Source: Selaginella moellendorffii (taxonomy: Eukaryota > Plantae > Lycopodiophyta). From it: 64,000 nucleotides of DNA. A program made the position numbers and the translations under genes. The stretch lies in NCBI RefSeq assembly GCF_000143415.4, contig NW_003314385.1:339296-403295 (forward strand), given 5' to 3'. Every line of letters starts with the position of its first letter. Within the stretch, counting starts at the first letter, position 1. Shown piece by piece: positions 61,201 through 64,000 of the stretch. The notes below the pieces were generated by a model, which ran no database searches, was not told the DNA's origin, and was given only the letters and a program-made list of their open reading frames with translations.

Positions 61201-62503
61201 GTGTGGCTATCTTTCCAAAACTTGAATATTAAGGGATCTTTGTCTCAGAAGCTGTTACCAAGATATGTTGGACCCTATGGGGTGTTGAAACAAATTGGTG
61301 ATATATCCTATTAGTTGGATATTCCACAAGAGATATCTAGACTTCTTCATGTCAGTTTACTGGCCCCATATCATGAGGATCTTGGCCGCTCTAAGGATGT
61401 TCATCCAGCTCCGAATATTATTAATGGTGAACTTGAGTATAAGGTTGAGGCTATTATTTTGTCTTATAAGGCACGTGGTGGTTGAACTAAAGAATATTTA
61501 ATTAAGTGGAAAGCTTACCTAGTTCATGAGCTTGTCACGGAATATGAGAATCATAATAAAGACTAGCTTTTGTAAATCTTATAATAAATCTTGTAAATCA
61601 ATAAAGTAATATAATTTTATAACTCAAAGTTTTGTTTCTCTCATTTGTTAGTACTTGGGTTTGTCTTGGCAGGCTGACTTTGGCACTTCAATGCATGAGT
61701 TCAATCGATAACCATGGGGATAATTATTATAGACTAATTACAAGTCCCCACCTCTTTCTTGTTGACTCATTTTTGAAAAAGGGTGTAGTCATGTAAAAAC
61801 TTCATCTACCAGTTTATAATAGTTGTCTAAATCTTCTCGACATGGTTGATTTCTTGCTCAGGGGAAGTTGGGCCTCTGGCCCTCTCCCTATATCCCTACG
61901 GGTAGGGATGTACCATTCCTTTATAAGCCAAGTGGTACTCGAAGGGTGGCTAACTCTATTAATCATTTTCTTATTAGTGACAGCCGAAAAATATCTAAGT
62001 CTTAATGTTTTTGGATATAGAGGAGATATTGTTCCATAACTCATTTAAATTGGTGTGTTTTTTTTACATAGTGTGGTTTCCTTTAACTTTCTGAATTGTT
62101 TCCTTGACGGTTTGCTAGACTCAGATATGCATCGATAAAGATGTCAATCTTCCCTAATGGGGGGAAAGTGTCACAAATGTGATTTCGGGTATCGAAAGAT
62201 GCTTGTCAGCTAATCCTTACAAACACTCTCTCCTTACTGCCACAATTGTAGGAGGTTAGTACTGCTAGTTCCCTTTATGGTCTTTGCCCAAGTTAGTTGA
62301 GAAATTGGTCAGCACATGCGCACTTAGACTAGAAGGGCATTAAGGAAAGAAATCCTAAGTTGTCATTAAGTCAAGTATATTTGACATAGTGATGAGAAAC
62401 TTATGTTATTGGTTTGCACTTGTTAGCATTGGGAACCCCCACGATATTAAAATTGGTCTCTCAATATTCTCTAAATGATAGCTTACTGTGTTTGCTAAAC
62501 ACC

Positions 62504-64000
62504 TATAAATGACTAAATTTTCCATTCTACTTTAGTCACTTAACCACACTTTCGACCACTTGGAGAAGTCTCACTCACAACCTCCATAAGTCTGATTCTA
62601 GACTTGGGGCTTGCCAACCCCGAAAATAGCATCTATGCCACTCAACCTTTGCACTTCGTCCAAATGCTCCACGTGTCCGATCCATGACCGACACCCAAAA
62701 GTACTACCGACATATCAGCCCATTACATTAACGCCATGCCCTTTTACCTTTGCCACTCTAGTGGTCTACACCACTTGCATCACAATCCCATCTCTCAAAG
62801 ACTGGGCCATCCATCCATGAGTGGTTATCCCAGATCCACTCATTAGCATGCTTAGGATGCTTACAGACATGGGGAATAGCCTTCCTTAATATCTTTTTTT
62901 TAGTCCCCACCAAGTCCCTCTTTATCCATGGCTATGTTCACCAATACTGCCACTGGGTCAAGGCTCACAGGCTCGACCACTAAGTCCTACTATCCTCTAG
63001 GACTTCTTCACCGTATGTCTATATCCTTCGTCACCATACCAGAGGACTATTCCTTTTCCTTTCCACAGTCTGGGACTTTGAGACAATATTTTGAAACACC
63101 ATGGCCCTTTGCAAGCCTTATGGGTACTCTCCCCACCTTCTCCCTTTGGGTGCTTTAGCCATGGGCTTAGAGCGAAGTTTCGTTAAGCCACACTAGGTAT
63201 CCAAGTAGGTAGTGCCACCCACACTTGAACTGGGAGCATTGACCATTTGATCTCCCGGGGAAACTAAAGCCGACTCTTGAACACTTCACCAAGCTACCCT
63301 GCTTGTTAGTTTGTATTCACTCTAACCTTGAATTCCTCAGTGGATATATCATCACCCAACACATGGGTATAACCTTGTTATGTCACACTAGCCTTTCTTG
63401 GGAGCTTCCACTTTCGCCAAATCGAAACAATTGGGAATCTATCATTGGAAACATATTGCCTTTCTCATAATCTATTAACATCTAACACTTTAGTGTTCTT
63501 TGCCTAACTTTACTATTTAGACTCCTTCCCATGATTCCTATGATTGTTTTTTTACCCACTAGTCTTTTGTTCTTATCTTTTGATTGTTACACCTAGCAAT
63601 ATAGGATCATTACTTCCATCCTCAAGGTATCATTTCGGTTCCATAGTAAAGACTTTGCTTGACCAAGTCCAAAGGGTGTTCACCCTTAGTAGGTCTTTTT
63701 AGCATTTTCTGCTGTGAGCTTTATCTACAACCCAACTTTGTGACCTTCCCATGGATCTTTCCTAAAGATTGCGTGCTTTATAAACCATTTACACTTGGCT
63801 TTTTAGATATTAATCTATTTAAAATTGTCTTTGGGAACCTTCAAGGGACTTTATCACTTAACTTGCTAAGGCTTTTCTTTTCACAAGTTTTTTAATTGCT
63901 TTATGATTTAACATGGATAATTCCATACTTTAGACTCTCTATGGCATCACGATTGCTACAACACTTTCGAGCATCCATTTAATTCTTCACTCCCAATTTG
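62504..64000 (-). mobile_element. Older relative of family A: short 3' LTR (62504-~63387) plus a deleted interior
   Basis: 62504-63370 aligns to 2815-3680. 63405-63770 aligns to ~4965-5330 and 63780-64000 to ~6370-6592. Confidence 0.82.

Larger units (their letters stand above)
47410..62503 (+). mobile_element. E: old, heavily mutated family D chromovirus, interrupted at 49235-58235
   Basis: Partial 5' LTR to 47750 and PBS at 47753. gag runs to 49234, protease resumes at 58236 and pol runs to ~61566. PPT, then 3' LTR 62169-62503 (cut). Many C>T/G>A stops. Confidence 0.85.

Noticed and set aside
1-64000. CRISPR array or prokaryotic system
   Set aside because: No repeat-spacer structure; all repeats are tandem or TE-derived, and the genes are eukaryotic.

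Overview
Plant nuclear DNA, most likely a lycophyte such as Selaginella. This is inferred from 46-80 bp introns, the style of the PLS-PPR gene and a TatI-type element. About 85% of the window is nested LTR-retrotransposon sequence. Elements resolved: (i) a 5S-carrying Cassandra-like TRIM; (ii) family A, a minus-strand element with long microsatellite-bearing LTRs (TSD CCAAG); (iii) element B, a tRNA-Trp-primed TatI-type Ty3/gypsy element with an extra RNase H, nested in A; (iv) family D, three copies of a chromovirus of different ages; (v) family C, non-coding partners sharing the D-type LTR and 3' UTR; (vi) a decayed MULE/SWIM transposase. A gene island at 40.4-47.0 kb holds a truncated SF3B3/CPSF-A-like gene and a PLS-E PPR gene. 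It also holds two diverged, AT-rich, intronless genes for secreted proteins that fuse an unrecognised N-terminal domain to a bulb-type lectin. Best leads: a >1 kb hairpin-dense RNA with compensatory changes across the C/D 3' UTR and LTR; the orphan-domain/B-lectin pair; element B lacking a PPT but carrying tRNA-Trp-related sequence in its place; a TSD-flanked unit with two convergent PBSs; and cis-motifs shared between the Cassandra TRIM and family A. All alignments were done by eye, and reference sequences were recalled from memory.
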